From: Candidatus Woesebacteria bacterium RIFCSPHIGHO2_02_FULL_42_20
Lineage (GTDB): Bacteria; Patescibacteriota; Microgenomatia; UBA8517
NCBI GenBank assembly: GCA_001792535.1
Contig: MGGS01000008.1
Location: 11,016 to 75,015 of the forward strand
Length of the DNA stretch: 64,000 bases
Direction: 5' to 3'
Part shown: positions 1-8,892 of the stretch, one piece after another
How positions within the stretch are numbered: position 1 is the first letter of the stretch
How the letters are laid out: each line of letters begins with the position of its first letter
Position numbers and translations under genes: made by a program
Notes under the pieces: model-generated
Database searches by the model: none
What the model saw: the letters and a program-made list of their open reading frames with translations, nothing else
Told to the model about the DNA's origin: nothing

Positions 1-345
1 GTAAGTGGGGCAACCTTGAATGTTTTAGCTTTGCTAGTTGCGCCGTTTGCCCCCCATCTGGCCGAGGAAGTATGGGTGGAGGTCTTAAACAAAAAATATT
101 CAGTTCACAAAGCTACTTGGCCAAGTTACGACGAGAAGTATTTAAGTACTGATAGTGTGCTTGTCGCCGTTCAGGTAAACGGTAAACTGCGGGGGCAGGT
201 TGCGGTTAAGTTGGATAAAGCTGCCGACGAAAGCTACGTTGTTGCTTTGGCAAAAAGTGACCAAAAAATTTCCAACTGGTTAGCTAAAGGGAAGATTAAA
301 AAGCAGATCTATGTGCCTAGTAAGATATTAAATTTTGTAATCTGA
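1..345 (+). CDS. leuS: Leucyl-tRNA synthetase, C-terminal fragment (gene starts upstream of window)
   Basis: Frame is open from nt 1. The C-terminal region carries the LeuRS signature motif LAPFAPHLAEEVW followed by an anticodon-binding tail. Confidence 0.75.
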   Translation, partial: VSGATLNVLALLVAPFAPHLAEEVWVEVLNKKYSVHKATWPSYDEKYLSTDSVLVAVQVNGKLRGQVAVKLDKAADESYVVALAKSDQKISNWLAKGKIKKQIYVPSKILNFVI

Positions 346-348
346 TAC

Positions 349-930
349 ATGTTGCCCAAGTTCAAGTGGCAGTTACTCATGCTTCTGGTTGGATTAATAC
401 TTATCGGTGGGGGATTTGTTCTAGGAAATTCAAGTTCCGGTTCTCCTAAAGTGGAAATAATCAACGATGAGTCGAGTCTAAATGATCTTGGGGATGTTGT
501 GGTTGAGGTTTCGGGGCAAATTAATAAACCCGGGGTTTATAATCTTTCAGCCGGGTCAAGAGTGGAAGATGTCATAAATGCGGCCGGAGGGCTTACGAGT
601 GAAGCCGATACGGAGTTTGTAGAAAAAAGAATCAATCGGGCAGCGCGCCTTTCAGACGGCCAAAAGATTTACATTCCCTCAGAAGAGGAAAACTCCAAAA
701 TACCAAATTCCCAAAACTCCAATAATGAGATATTAGGTGTCTTGGATAATTTGATAAACATAAATACTGCTAGCCAATCCGAGCTGGAATCTCTATGGGG
801 AATTGGCCCTGTTTACGCCCAAAACATCATTGAACAACGTCCTTACTCATCTGTGGAAGAACTACTTACAAAAAAAATTATTAAGCAAAATGTTTACGAC
901 AGGGTAAAGGATCAGATAAGTGTTTATTAA
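349..930 (+). CDS. comEA: Competence protein ComEA (SLBB + helix-hairpin-helix DNA-binding)
   Basis: N-terminal TM helix, an SLBB-like segment (VVVEVSGQINKPGVYNL...RVEDVINAAGG) and a C-terminal HhH motif (ININTASQSELESLWGIGPVYAQNII). Confidence 0.85.
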   Translation: MLPKFKWQLLMLLVGLILIGGGFVLGNSSSGSPKVEIINDESSLNDLGDVVVEVSGQINKPGVYNLSAGSRVEDVINAAGGLTSEADTEFVEKRINRAARLSDGQKIYIPSEEENSKIPNSQNSNNEILGVLDNLININTASQSELESLWGIGPVYAQNIIEQRPYSSVEELLTKKIIKQNVYDRVKDQISVY

Positions 931-999
931 GCCCTATCTCCTCTTAAGTGTTTTGTTTTATAGTTCGTCGGGTCGGTTAGGTTAGTTGTAGAATAAATC

Positions 1000-2058
1000 A
1001 TGCGATTTGGTTTTTATGCTTTTCTTGTCCTTCTTGTATTGTTTCGAATTTATGTCTCAAGGTCAATTTTCAAAGACGGGGATAAAATCAGAATCACGGA
1101 CAAGGTTGTTAGCGAGCCTCTGTATTTTGACAGTTCCCAGAGAATTATTTTACAAAATTTGAAGATTTATTTGCCTAAATATCCGGTCATAAGCTATGCG
1201 GACAATGTCGTTGTTGAGGGAGTAGTTGACGGAGACAGACTCAAAAATCCCAGGTTAATTGATGTTAAGGAAAACACTGGTTTTCTGTATCAATTTAGGG
1301 GAAAAGTTATCGAAGTGTATCGAAAATCCTTGCCCGAACCGCATAGTTCTTTGGTTGCAGGCATTACATTGGGATCAAAATCTTCCATGCCTCAAGATTT
1401 CTGGGAGGGATTAAGAAAGACCGGGACGCTCCATGTTGTTGTCGCCTCAGGCATGAACGTTACCTTTGTTGCCAAATTTCTAATCGAATCTTTGGTTTTG
1501 TTTATTAATCGCAGGCGAGCAGTGATAGTCGGCCTTCTCGGAGTTTGGGTGTATGCGCTTTTAAGCGGCTTTGACGCGCCGATTGTTCGGGCGTCTGTCA
1601 TGGGGTCGATCGCTTTTGGAGCTGGGGCTTTTGGTAGGCTGAGTTTTGCGATGAACGCCTTATTTTTATCTGCACTTATTATGCTCGTTGCAAAGCCCGA
1701 GTGGTTGGTCGATACTGGCTTCGAGCTTTCTTTCTTGGCGACACTGGGCCTGGTTTTGTTTGAAAGTAAAATACGCTCAAAACTTGATATATTTCCGCGG
1801 ATTTTTAAAGAAAGCTTATCAGCGACGCTTTCGGCTCAAATTGCTGTCAGCCCCCTTCTGCTTTTTGTTTTCGGCTACTTGAACCTACTCAGCCCACTTA
1901 TTAACGTGCTTATTCTTTGGACTGTGCCGGCGATTATGATTATCGGCGCAATTGGCGGAATTGTCGGAGTAATTTTCGAGCCATTGGGACAGATGGTTTT
2001 GATGTTGGCGTATCCGTTGACACTGTGGTTTACATTGATAATTGATCTGTTTAGTTAA
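1000..2058 (+). CDS. comEC: ComEC/Rec2 N-terminal polytopic membrane (competence) domain, separate ORF
   Basis: Multi-TM protein with a ComEC-type competence domain (LHVVVASGMNVTFV, GFDAPIVRASVMG). It is followed immediately by the MBL-domain ORF. Confidence 0.75.
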   Translation: MRFGFYAFLVLLVLFRIYVSRSIFKDGDKIRITDKVVSEPLYFDSSQRIILQNLKIYLPKYPVISYADNVVVEGVVDGDRLKNPRLIDVKENTGFLYQFRGKVIEVYRKSLPEPHSSLVAGITLGSKSSMPQDFWEGLRKTGTLHVVVASGMNVTFVAKFLIESLVLFINRRRAVIVGLLGVWVYALLSGFDAPIVRASVMGSIAFGAGAFGRLSFAMNALFLSALIMLVAKPEWLVDTGFELSFLATLGLVLFESKIRSKLDIFPRIFKESLSATLSAQIAVSPLLLFVFGYLNLLSPLINVLILWTVPAIMIIGAIGGIVGVIFEPLGQMVLMLAYPLTLWFTLIIDLFS

Positions 2059-2085
2059 TTTTCAAAAATTGGTGCTTGAAAATTT

Positions 2086-2985
2086 ATGAAGCCTATCTGG
2101 AAATACTTTTTTGGTTTATTAATACTGGTTACCGTTGTTGTCTGGTTGGCTGTTATCGTTGGGTCGGATAGCAACTTGCATATCATCGCTTGTGACGTCG
2201 GCCAAGGGGACGCGATACTGCTACAAAATGCATCAAGTCAGATTTTGGTAGACGGGGGTCCCGGAAATAAAGTGCTGGATTGCTTGTCCCGCTATATGCC
2301 TTTTTGGGACAGAACTCTGGAGGTGGTGGTAATGACCCATCCACAGAGTGATCACTACGGCGGGCTGATAGAAGTTTTCAGGCGTTACAACGTAGGCATT
2401 TTTCTTGCTCCGAGTGTGGACAATAGCACTCAAGGTTACCAAGTGCTAAAAGATTTAGTAAAGGCCTCTCAGGCTCAAATTGTCAATCCCCAAAGGGGTA
2501 TGAAGATGAGGTTGGGTGAGATACAGTTAGATATACTCAACCCAACTGCTGAACTGCAGGATGAAGAACCGGGTACTGTAGGTAAAAACAGACTCGGAGC
2601 ATTCTCCCCCAAGCGTGACTTGAACGACTTTTCAGTCGTTTTTAATTTGAGCTATGGTAGCTTCGATGCGTTATTTACCGGAGATATTGGTCCTGAGATT
2701 TCAGACCAGATGGCAAAACAGCTTGCCCTGAGCGATAGTCGAAGGGTGGAATATATCAAAGTGCCTCATCACGGAAGTCGCAACGGTTTAACTGGAGAGC
2801 TATTGGATGTTACAAGTCCGGAAGTTGCGGTCATTTCCGTAGGGAAAGATAACACCTACGGGCATCCGCATGAAGAAACACTCAAGATACTAAGAGATGA
2901 AGATATAAAGATATTGAGAACAGACGAGATGGGAAGTGTCGAGGTTGTGACAGATGGCGAGAAATGGTGGGTGGTTGGGAAATAG
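2086..2985 (+). CDS. comEC: ComEC metallo-beta-lactamase domain protein (second half of split comEC)
   Basis: MBL-fold motifs DVGQGDAILLQ, HPQSDHYGG and VPHHGSRNG. It lies 28 bp downstream of the membrane half. Confidence 0.8.
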   Translation: MKPIWKYFFGLLILVTVVVWLAVIVGSDSNLHIIACDVGQGDAILLQNASSQILVDGGPGNKVLDCLSRYMPFWDRTLEVVVMTHPQSDHYGGLIEVFRRYNVGIFLAPSVDNSTQGYQVLKDLVKASQAQIVNPQRGMKMRLGEIQLDILNPTAELQDEEPGTVGKNRLGAFSPKRDLNDFSVVFNLSYGSFDALFTGDIGPEISDQMAKQLALSDSRRVEYIKVPHHGSRNGLTGELLDVTSPEVAVISVGKDNTYGHPHEETLKILRDEDIKILRTDEMGSVEVVTDGEKWWVVGK

Positions 2986-3067
2986 AACCGCAGGTCAGCC
3001 ACCTATAGTCTATTCAAGGGAAATTGTGTATAACATAAATCAGTTTTTGAAGTTCATAAATTATATT

Positions 3068-3448
3068 ATGATAGAAAGAGATCCTGTTTATATTCGTCTT
3101 GCCCGTACGGTGGGTAGAAGGTTGCCGGATATAGAAGCGGCGGCTGGGAGATTTTTGTCAGGAATTAACCCGCTGGGTTGTACCAGGGGTCAGATGCGGG
3201 AACATTTAGATCATACCTACCCAGGTGCCCAGATCGATAGGACCAGCTTCGGCGAGCATTTACTTAGACATAGAAAGAGAAAAGCTTATAATGTTTTTTT
3301 TAGAACAAAGGGCGTTGACCCTGGCCATATACACGGGTTATATGGTAACCCGAGGGTTGAGGGTTACTATGCAGTAATTGACGGAAGCCCGAATACACAA
3401 GGTGAAATCATAAGTGAGGATAGGTTAGTTGATCGCAATCCCATCTAA
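3068..3448 (+). CDS. Hypothetical protein (GC-richer than its neighbours)
   Basis: Open frame with protein-like composition and no recognisable motif. Start chosen at the internal Met because the track start overlaps comEC. Confidence 0.3.
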   Translation: MIERDPVYIRLARTVGRRLPDIEAAAGRFLSGINPLGCTRGQMREHLDHTYPGAQIDRTSFGEHLLRHRKRKAYNVFFRTKGVDPGHIHGLYGNPRVEGYYAVIDGSPNTQGEIISEDRLVDRNPI

Positions 3449-3450
3449 AA

Positions 3451-4410
3451 TTAAATGTAGCGGTTTACAATGCTGTTAACTTTGTCGTGTATGGCGTCTA
3501 AGTTGGGATAGATAAACTCGTCTTGAATGGTTCGGTTGTACCGCTCAATATAAGTGTCAATTTGGGGACATCTGGGGTAAATAAAACAATGGGGAACGCC
3601 GTCTTTTTTCAACTGCTCATCGAATGACCCCAGGTTTTCGCTTCCGTTGTCTGATTGCCAGACTCTGACTTTGCCCGGGTATAGATCTTTAAACCTGTGG
3701 TAAAAATCGGTCATGTTTTGGGAGGTTAACCGTTTGTAATTTAGAGTCAGGGCGAACTTCATTTTGACGTCGATGGCGGAGATGAAATACTCTTTGATCC
3801 CGTCCGTCACCCTCTCTACAGAGTCGGAATTAATGTATCCCCAGTCAATAGGCTTGGGAGAATGCTTTACTCTTAGCCGTTTCTTCTTTTTAACTTGATT
3901 TTGAGCCCATTTGCTGGCCGGGTCGTGGTATGTTTTGCTGGCCTTTTGAAAGAAGAACTTGTTTCTTTTGATGACGTTTACGATGGTGGAAACAGAAATG
4001 GTCGGAATACTTTTTTCCCGACAAAACCGGTCTAAAAATATTTTGATTTTGTCTTTTCCTAACCGAAAATGTTTCTTTCTTTGTTCTCTAATAAACTCAA
4101 CTATTTGAGCTTTGGTTGCCGGCTGTCTGGTTTGGTGGGGGCGGGTGGATTTGGGAACCAGGGACGACAGGCTGCCTTCCCCATTTTTTAGCCTTTGTTT
4201 CCACCTGGAAATAACCTTCCTGTCCACTCCGAAAGCCTGCTTGGTGATGGCTTCGCCGTGAGCATCATAAAAACGGATCATTTCCATACGTTTTTTGGCA
4301 ACTTCACTAGAGTCGAATTTCCTTAGGCTTGGAACCATCCTCATCACCCCCTTAATGCCTGAAATATAACTCCAAAGAGGATATGACTTGGACGAATATT
4401 CCACAACCAT
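3451..4410 (-). mobile_element. IS481/IS3-like DDE transposase (rve integrase core) gene
   Basis: N-terminal HTH region plus an rve core with the characteristic WQSDNGSEN catalytic motif and a downstream D/E. The real start is probably the internal MRMVPSL. Terminal inverted repeats could not be defined by eye. Confidence 0.7.
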
Positions 4411-4438
4411 CTAATGTCGCATATGTATCTTAACTTGT

Positions 4439-5860
4439 TCAGACAGGGCGGTTTAACTCCACAGGTTTTTGAATTTGCACATATGTGCCGTTTTTTGATT
4501 TCAAATCGGTTAGTTGCAGATAGAATCTATCGTCTTTATCCTTTATGAGTTGCACAAATAAATGGTCCCGGCTTACCAAGTTGTTCAAAGAAAGAACTTC
4601 ATTTGACCACCAATTTCGTCCGATGAAAATTCCTTTGTCTTTGGGTGATAACTCTATGAAACCGGGTTTATCGTCTCCCTTTTGAAATACCCTCTCTTGA
4701 ATGAGCATGAATTCTATATAATCAGGGTGATCTTTTTTTAAGTCTGGGTGTTTTTTTAAATTAACTACCCTCAAAACCGTTTTCCAAGGCTTATCTGGGT
4801 TTCCCAGAATTATTTTAATTTCACCATCCTCCAGATCGTATCTTTTGGGTTTGTGGGGCTCGAGGCGTTCTGTCTCAATGGTAGGATTGTCTTCTGCCTT
4901 ATTTTCGGCTACGGCTGCTGGTGGTTCTTCTTCAGGTTTATCTTCGGGAGCATCTACTCTGGCAATAATGACCGAAATGTTGTCAGCACCGCCGTTTTTG
5001 TTGGCTAGATCAACTAGACTATCGCAGGTTTCTTGAGGATCTTCTCCGAGGTTAACCGCCTGCATTGCATCTAAAATGTCTTGTGTATCCGTTATTTCCC
5101 AGAGCCCGTCTGAACAGAGCAAAAAGACATCGCCTTTTGTAGTTTCGATTTGATGAGTTTCGGCGTCCGACTGCATGCCATATGTTCCTCCCAATGCATT
5201 TGCAAGTACGTTTTTACCATCTTCGTCTTTAATATCGTCAATATGGCCGCTTTCTCCAAAGACTTTGTGGGCTACAAATGTTTGATCGAAAGTGACGAAT
5301 AGTTTACCGGCTCGAAGTAAATATGTTCGGCTATCACCAACATTACCGAGTATCGCCTCGCCAGTTTTGCGGTTGATTAGCACACCGGAGTAGGTAGTGC
5401 CCATATCACCAGTCATTTGCTTGTCGGCGTAGCGGATTGCTTGTTGCATGCTCTTTTGGCCAAGTTGGCCTGATTCTGCAACTAGTTGAGCTAGTTTTTC
5501 AGGAACACTTTTGATGGCTAACTCGCTTGCGATTTCACCTGCGAGGTACCCTCCCATTCCGTCTGCGGCTTGGAGTAGAAGCCAATCTTCGATTGTTTTT
5601 GTGTCAACGTTGTCCTCATTGTGGTCGCGGACTTGTCCAATATTTGTTCTTTGCCCGACTGCAAGACTGATTCTTTTGGCTTCAACTTCGTTGGCTACTG
5701 CCGGGCCGACTGAGGGAAGTGCATCAAAAAATGCCACAGCGACCCCTTCCGCTTGTTTCACGGATTCAGGTTCTTTGTTGCTTCCGAATAACTTATTTAA
5801 TCTTTCTCTCATGGTTTTTAAACTATTATTTCCTCTTTGGAATTTTGCAAATACGACCAA
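4439..5860 (-). CDS. PP2C-family Ser/Thr phosphatase fused to a C-terminal FHA domain
   Basis: PP2C motifs ADGMGGYLAGEIAS, FLLCSDGLW and GGADNISVIIARV. After a Pro/Glu-rich linker comes an FHA-like module (GIFIGRN...SRDHLFVQL...GTYV). Confidence 0.75.
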   Translation of the reverse strand: MVVFAKFQRGNNSLKTMRERLNKLFGSNKEPESVKQAEGVAVAFFDALPSVGPAVANEVEAKRISLAVGQRTNIGQVRDHNEDNVDTKTIEDWLLLQAADGMGGYLAGEIASELAIKSVPEKLAQLVAESGQLGQKSMQQAIRYADKQMTGDMGTTYSGVLINRKTGEAILGNVGDSRTYLLRAGKLFVTFDQTFVAHKVFGESGHIDDIKDEDGKNVLANALGGTYGMQSDAETHQIETTKGDVFLLCSDGLWEITDTQDILDAMQAVNLGEDPQETCDSLVDLANKNGGADNISVIIARVDAPEDKPEEEPPAAVAENKAEDNPTIETERLEPHKPKRYDLEDGEIKIILGNPDKPWKTVLRVVNLKKHPDLKKDHPDYIEFMLIQERVFQKGDDKPGFIELSPKDKGIFIGRNWWSNEVLSLNNLVSRDHLFVQLIKDKDDRFYLQLTDLKSKNGTYVQIQKPVELNRPV

Positions 5861-5898
5861 GATTTGATCAAACTTTCAAAATTTCATAGGTACTACTT

Positions 5899-5990
5899 AA
5901 GGCGGGGTGAGGAAGAGGGTTGTATTGAAAAAATGAGGTCACGCGAACGTGACATTTTCAATGTTCAGACTAAATCTGAACTCTCTTCTC
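5899..5990. other. Long near-perfect hairpin (~18-bp outer stem with nested inner inverted repeats)
   Basis: AAGGCGGGGTGAGGAAGAG ... CTCTTCTCACCCCGCCTT flank an inner GTCACGCGAACGTGAC stem and a TTGAAAA/TTTTCAA pair. The structure sits between two minus-strand genes. Confidence 0.5.
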
Positions 5991-6026
5991 ACCCCGCCTT
6001 TATTCCTGAAAGACTCCTTTCCGCCC

Positions 6027-6515
6027 TTACGGTGCCGACGTGCAGGAGGTCCAATCATAGACCTCCGTGAACTCTGGTGATCCGGGGATCACCAGAGTTA
6101 TTTCAGTTATGTCGTAGCCCGGACTCCGGGCTATTTGTAACCAAAAAAATTCGGATGGTGGGTTGACCCAGCGCCCACCCTGGCATCTGCCAGGGGGACA
6201 GGGGATCCACCCCTCGGTGGGCAGCACCCCTTCCAGGGTGCCATTCAGGATCTGAACTTTCAGATCCTGCCCACACAACTCGACGTGGATTCCCACGTCG
6301 ATTCGCTCAACTCCCGGAACGATCCGGTAGCTGTGCACCGACATGAACCCGGGCACGCAAGGTGCTTTGGGCTCATTTTTAGCTATGATCGGGAGCCACG
6401 CGCGTGGCTCCAGTTCTGCAGCTGGCGCTGCGGTTGAGGTTGCCGGGGAGGCGACCACGATGAGGATGAACAATGCGGCCAGCCCGAGGGCGGCCGCTCG
6501 GCGCAAGGTCTTCAT
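6027..6515 (-). CDS. Secreted hypothetical protein (signal peptide), GC-rich and compositionally foreign
   Basis: Start chosen at MKTLRRAAALGLAALFILIVVASPATS with an AGGAG RBS upstream. The region 6050-6660 is markedly GC-rich compared with its flanks. The 3' end of the ORF contains two GC-rich palindromes, so the C-terminus is uncertain. Confidence 0.4.
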   Translation of the reverse strand: MKTLRRAAALGLAALFILIVVASPATSTAAPAAELEPRAWLPIIAKNEPKAPCVPGFMSVHSYRIVPGVERIDVGIHVELCGQDLKVQILNGTLEGVLPTEGWIPCPPGRCQGGRWVNPPSEFFWLQIARSPGYDITEITLVIPGSPEFTEVYDWTSCTSAP

Positions 6516-6881
6516 CTTTTCTCCTTTGAAAGGAAAATAAGGACTCCTGTCCCAGTTAGATAGCGCTTGTTGCGCATCAAACGGGACAAAAGCCCGCGAG
6601 TCGGTGGCGACTTCCTCTCCCTTCATTCAAGGGGTCCCTTCAGCTTTGTCCGCTGAGGCCCAAGGCAGAGATGCCGGGGAATAGACAAAATAATCAATTC
6701 TCAATTATCAATGAATTTATCTACTTTCCAGCATCTCCGCTTTTTGAACAAAGGTAAGAATATTTAATAAGGATTTTTTCAGGAATGTCAAAGTGCTAAA
6801 TAATAAATCTTTTTTACTGTGGCTGTCACAGTTAAAGATGTTATTAGCCCATAGTCTATAGATTAGCCAAACAGTTCGCTT

Positions 6882-6916
6882 GACAGTACTTGACAGAAAT
6901 GATACAATCCTGACAA
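6882..6916 (+). promoter_or_regulatory. Sigma70-like promoter (TTGACA-17 bp-TACAAT)
   Basis: ttgacagtacttgacagaaatgatacaat lies upstream of the + strand gene at 7020, inside an AT-rich region with CAATTATCAAT-type repeats. Confidence 0.4.
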
Positions 6917-7019
6917 TATTGAGTAGTAAACGGACTAACTTTGTGGAATAAATAATGAATACACAATAATTTGGAGGTTAATAATCAATTATCAATAACC
7001 AATTTTCAATAAATGATCA

Positions 7020-7232
7020 ATGAAAAAAGTATCAAATAGTAAATCTAATCTAGAAGAAAGAACTGCAAAATTTGGTGAAAACATAATAGATTTGGTTAGA
7101 AAAATAAAATTAACGTCAGTCAATAAAAGGATAATTGAGCAAGTAGTTGGCTCTGGCGGTTCAACAGGCGCTAATTATTGTGAAGCCACCGAAGCCGAGA
7201 GTCGGCAGGATTTTATCCATAAAATTGTTTAA
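7020..7232 (+). pseudogene. Truncated four-helix-bundle protein (TIGR02436-like, 23S IVS protein family); C-terminal ~45 aa missing
   Basis: Carries the family pattern ...ERT.KF...II.L..KI and SG.STGANY.EA..A.S..DFI.KI, then stops abruptly. The next gene starts 10 bp later. Confidence 0.45.
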
Positions 7233-7241
7233 TTAGCTAAC

Positions 7242-8510
7242 ATGAAACTTAACACCGCTTTTACGGACGACTATATAATGCAGGTTTCAAAGCAAATATT
7301 TGCTCCTGTGACAGTTGGAGAGAGCGTTTTCTGTCGCTGGTTCCCGGGTCACGGAATGACCGTGCGGATGATGCAGATTTTTTCAGACGAGAGTTTTTTG
7401 AAAATAGGCTTTGGGGAAAAGTACGGCAAAACTATCTTGGTCAGGATAGATGCTTCTGACTTTGCGATTGATCCGCTTCATTTGTTTTTTATGTACGTCA
7501 AAAAGAAGCTGGCTGATGAACTGTCTAAATTCAAAATTACTTCGAATGTAAAGGAAGCGAATTTTGCACGGCGCACGCCTCCCACGGTTTTCATTATTCA
7601 GGAAATAGGAAACATGTGTATTAAAGCCGTTGATAAAGGCTTTGATGTTGTTTTTATCATTGAAGTAGGGAATTTCAAATCCAAACTAGAACGAGAACTT
7701 TTTTCCGCCTGGGCGAGAATCGTAGAACGACACTTAGACAAAATCCACACGCACATAAACGGGGAAAACCGGAAATTGCTTGATCGTGGAGCTTTGCCTG
7801 CGGTGCTTATTCAAAGCATGATTACTGTTGCTTTACCTGACAAAAAGGAGTGCGACCACTACGTTAACTATTATGAGAAACTTTGGGCTATGAAGTTGTC
7901 AACCCGACAAATAAATAAAATTTTTGAAGTTTGTGGCCATGACAGTTGGTTAATCAAAGAAGCCCTGAGGGGTATCAAAGACGCCAAATCGGTTAATGAT
8001 CTTGTGGTGGATCCGAATTTGCTGCTCAAAGCGAAAATCCAATATGAACTTTACGGCGATGGCGAGAAAGAAGTGATGGAAACTATGTTTATCAAAGGAA
8101 AAATCCCTAAGTCTATGGAAAAGATTGCACTTGAACTTGAAAATGTGAATTTTTGGGGTAAAGACAGGAAGATAATGCGGATAATTGAGCAGGTTATAGT
8201 ACAGCGCGGAGCGGCAGGGGAGCTAAACATTAATCCAAAGGACGAAAAGTTATATCTTGGGTCAATTGACATCAGTCAAAAGTTATCGCCCATAGAAAAC
8301 AAAATTCTTGCCCATCTTTTTGAAGGAGAGGGGAAAATTGTGGGAAGAGATGCTGTCGCCAAACTTATTTGGGAAAGCCGAATGGAGGATAAATATTCGG
8401 ATTGGGCTATAGATAAAACGATTTCCCGTCTGCGCAAAAAATTGTCGCTTTACACAAATCTTTACACGATTACCACGAAGAAAAAGAAAGGCTTTGTGCT
8501 GGAAGGGTAG
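7242..8510 (+). CDS. Putative transcriptional regulator: large unknown N-terminal domain + C-terminal OmpR/PhoB-type winged-helix DNA-binding domain
   Basis: C-terminus (ENKILAHLFEGEGKIVGRDAVAKLIW...DWAIDKTISRLRKKL...KKKGFVLEG) matches the trans_reg_C pattern. The N-terminal ~320 aa are not a receiver domain and contain a degenerate P-loop-like GEKYGKT. Confidence 0.55.
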   Translation: MKLNTAFTDDYIMQVSKQIFAPVTVGESVFCRWFPGHGMTVRMMQIFSDESFLKIGFGEKYGKTILVRIDASDFAIDPLHLFFMYVKKKLADELSKFKITSNVKEANFARRTPPTVFIIQEIGNMCIKAVDKGFDVVFIIEVGNFKSKLERELFSAWARIVERHLDKIHTHINGENRKLLDRGALPAVLIQSMITVALPDKKECDHYVNYYEKLWAMKLSTRQINKIFEVCGHDSWLIKEALRGIKDAKSVNDLVVDPNLLLKAKIQYELYGDGEKEVMETMFIKGKIPKSMEKIALELENVNFWGKDRKIMRIIEQVIVQRGAAGELNINPKDEKLYLGSIDISQKLSPIENKILAHLFEGEGKIVGRDAVAKLIWESRMEDKYSDWAIDKTISRLRKKLSLYTNLYTITTKKKKGFVLEG

Positions 8511-8542
8511 TAATTTGCGCCTAGACTTCAAAAGAAATACAA

Positions 8543-8770
8543 TTGTGGGTGATGAAGTATAAAAAACAAAAAATTCAAAGCAATTACGCTTTTATTGATA
8601 GCCAGAACCTAAATCTTGGTGTGCGAAGTCAGGGCTGGAAGCTGGATTGGCGTAAATTTCGCCAATACTTGCGAGATAAGCACAAGGTTGGGAAAGCATA
8701 CCTTTTTATTGGCTATAAAACCGGAAAAGGTTTTACTCAAGATTGTTTAAACCTTTTTCGGGTTATGTAG
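8543..8770 (+). pseudogene. NYN/LabA-like domain fragment (N-terminal 75 aa only)
   Basis: YAFIDSQNLNLG...GWKLDWRKFRQYL...KAYLFIGY matches the start of the NYN domain, which is normally 160-200 aa. Confidence 0.45.
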
Positions 8771-8892
8771 TCCAAGTTGACTGGCTTAGAGGAAGCGTAG
8801 AACACAAAATAAAGACTGGCATCAGCGGTCGGTCGAAACCTTAGGCCTATCCAGTCATCGTGATGAATATATATTAACAGCAAGCCGTTTAT

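Noticed and set aside
1392-2442. Short antisense ORFs inside comEC (1392..1601, 1688..1882, 2233..2442)
   Set aside because: They are fully embedded in confidently assigned genes on the other strand and have no motif. They are typical shadow ORFs.
3440-4440. Defined IS boundaries with terminal inverted repeats and target-site duplication
   Set aside because: Only a short direct GCGGTTTA match was found near both ends. No convincing inverted repeat could be found by eye, so only the transposase gene is reported.
4845-5867. ORFs 4845..5036 and 5511..5867 on the + strand
   Set aside because: Both are antisense shadows of the PP2C-FHA gene, and their composition is low-complexity Ser/Ala/Leu.
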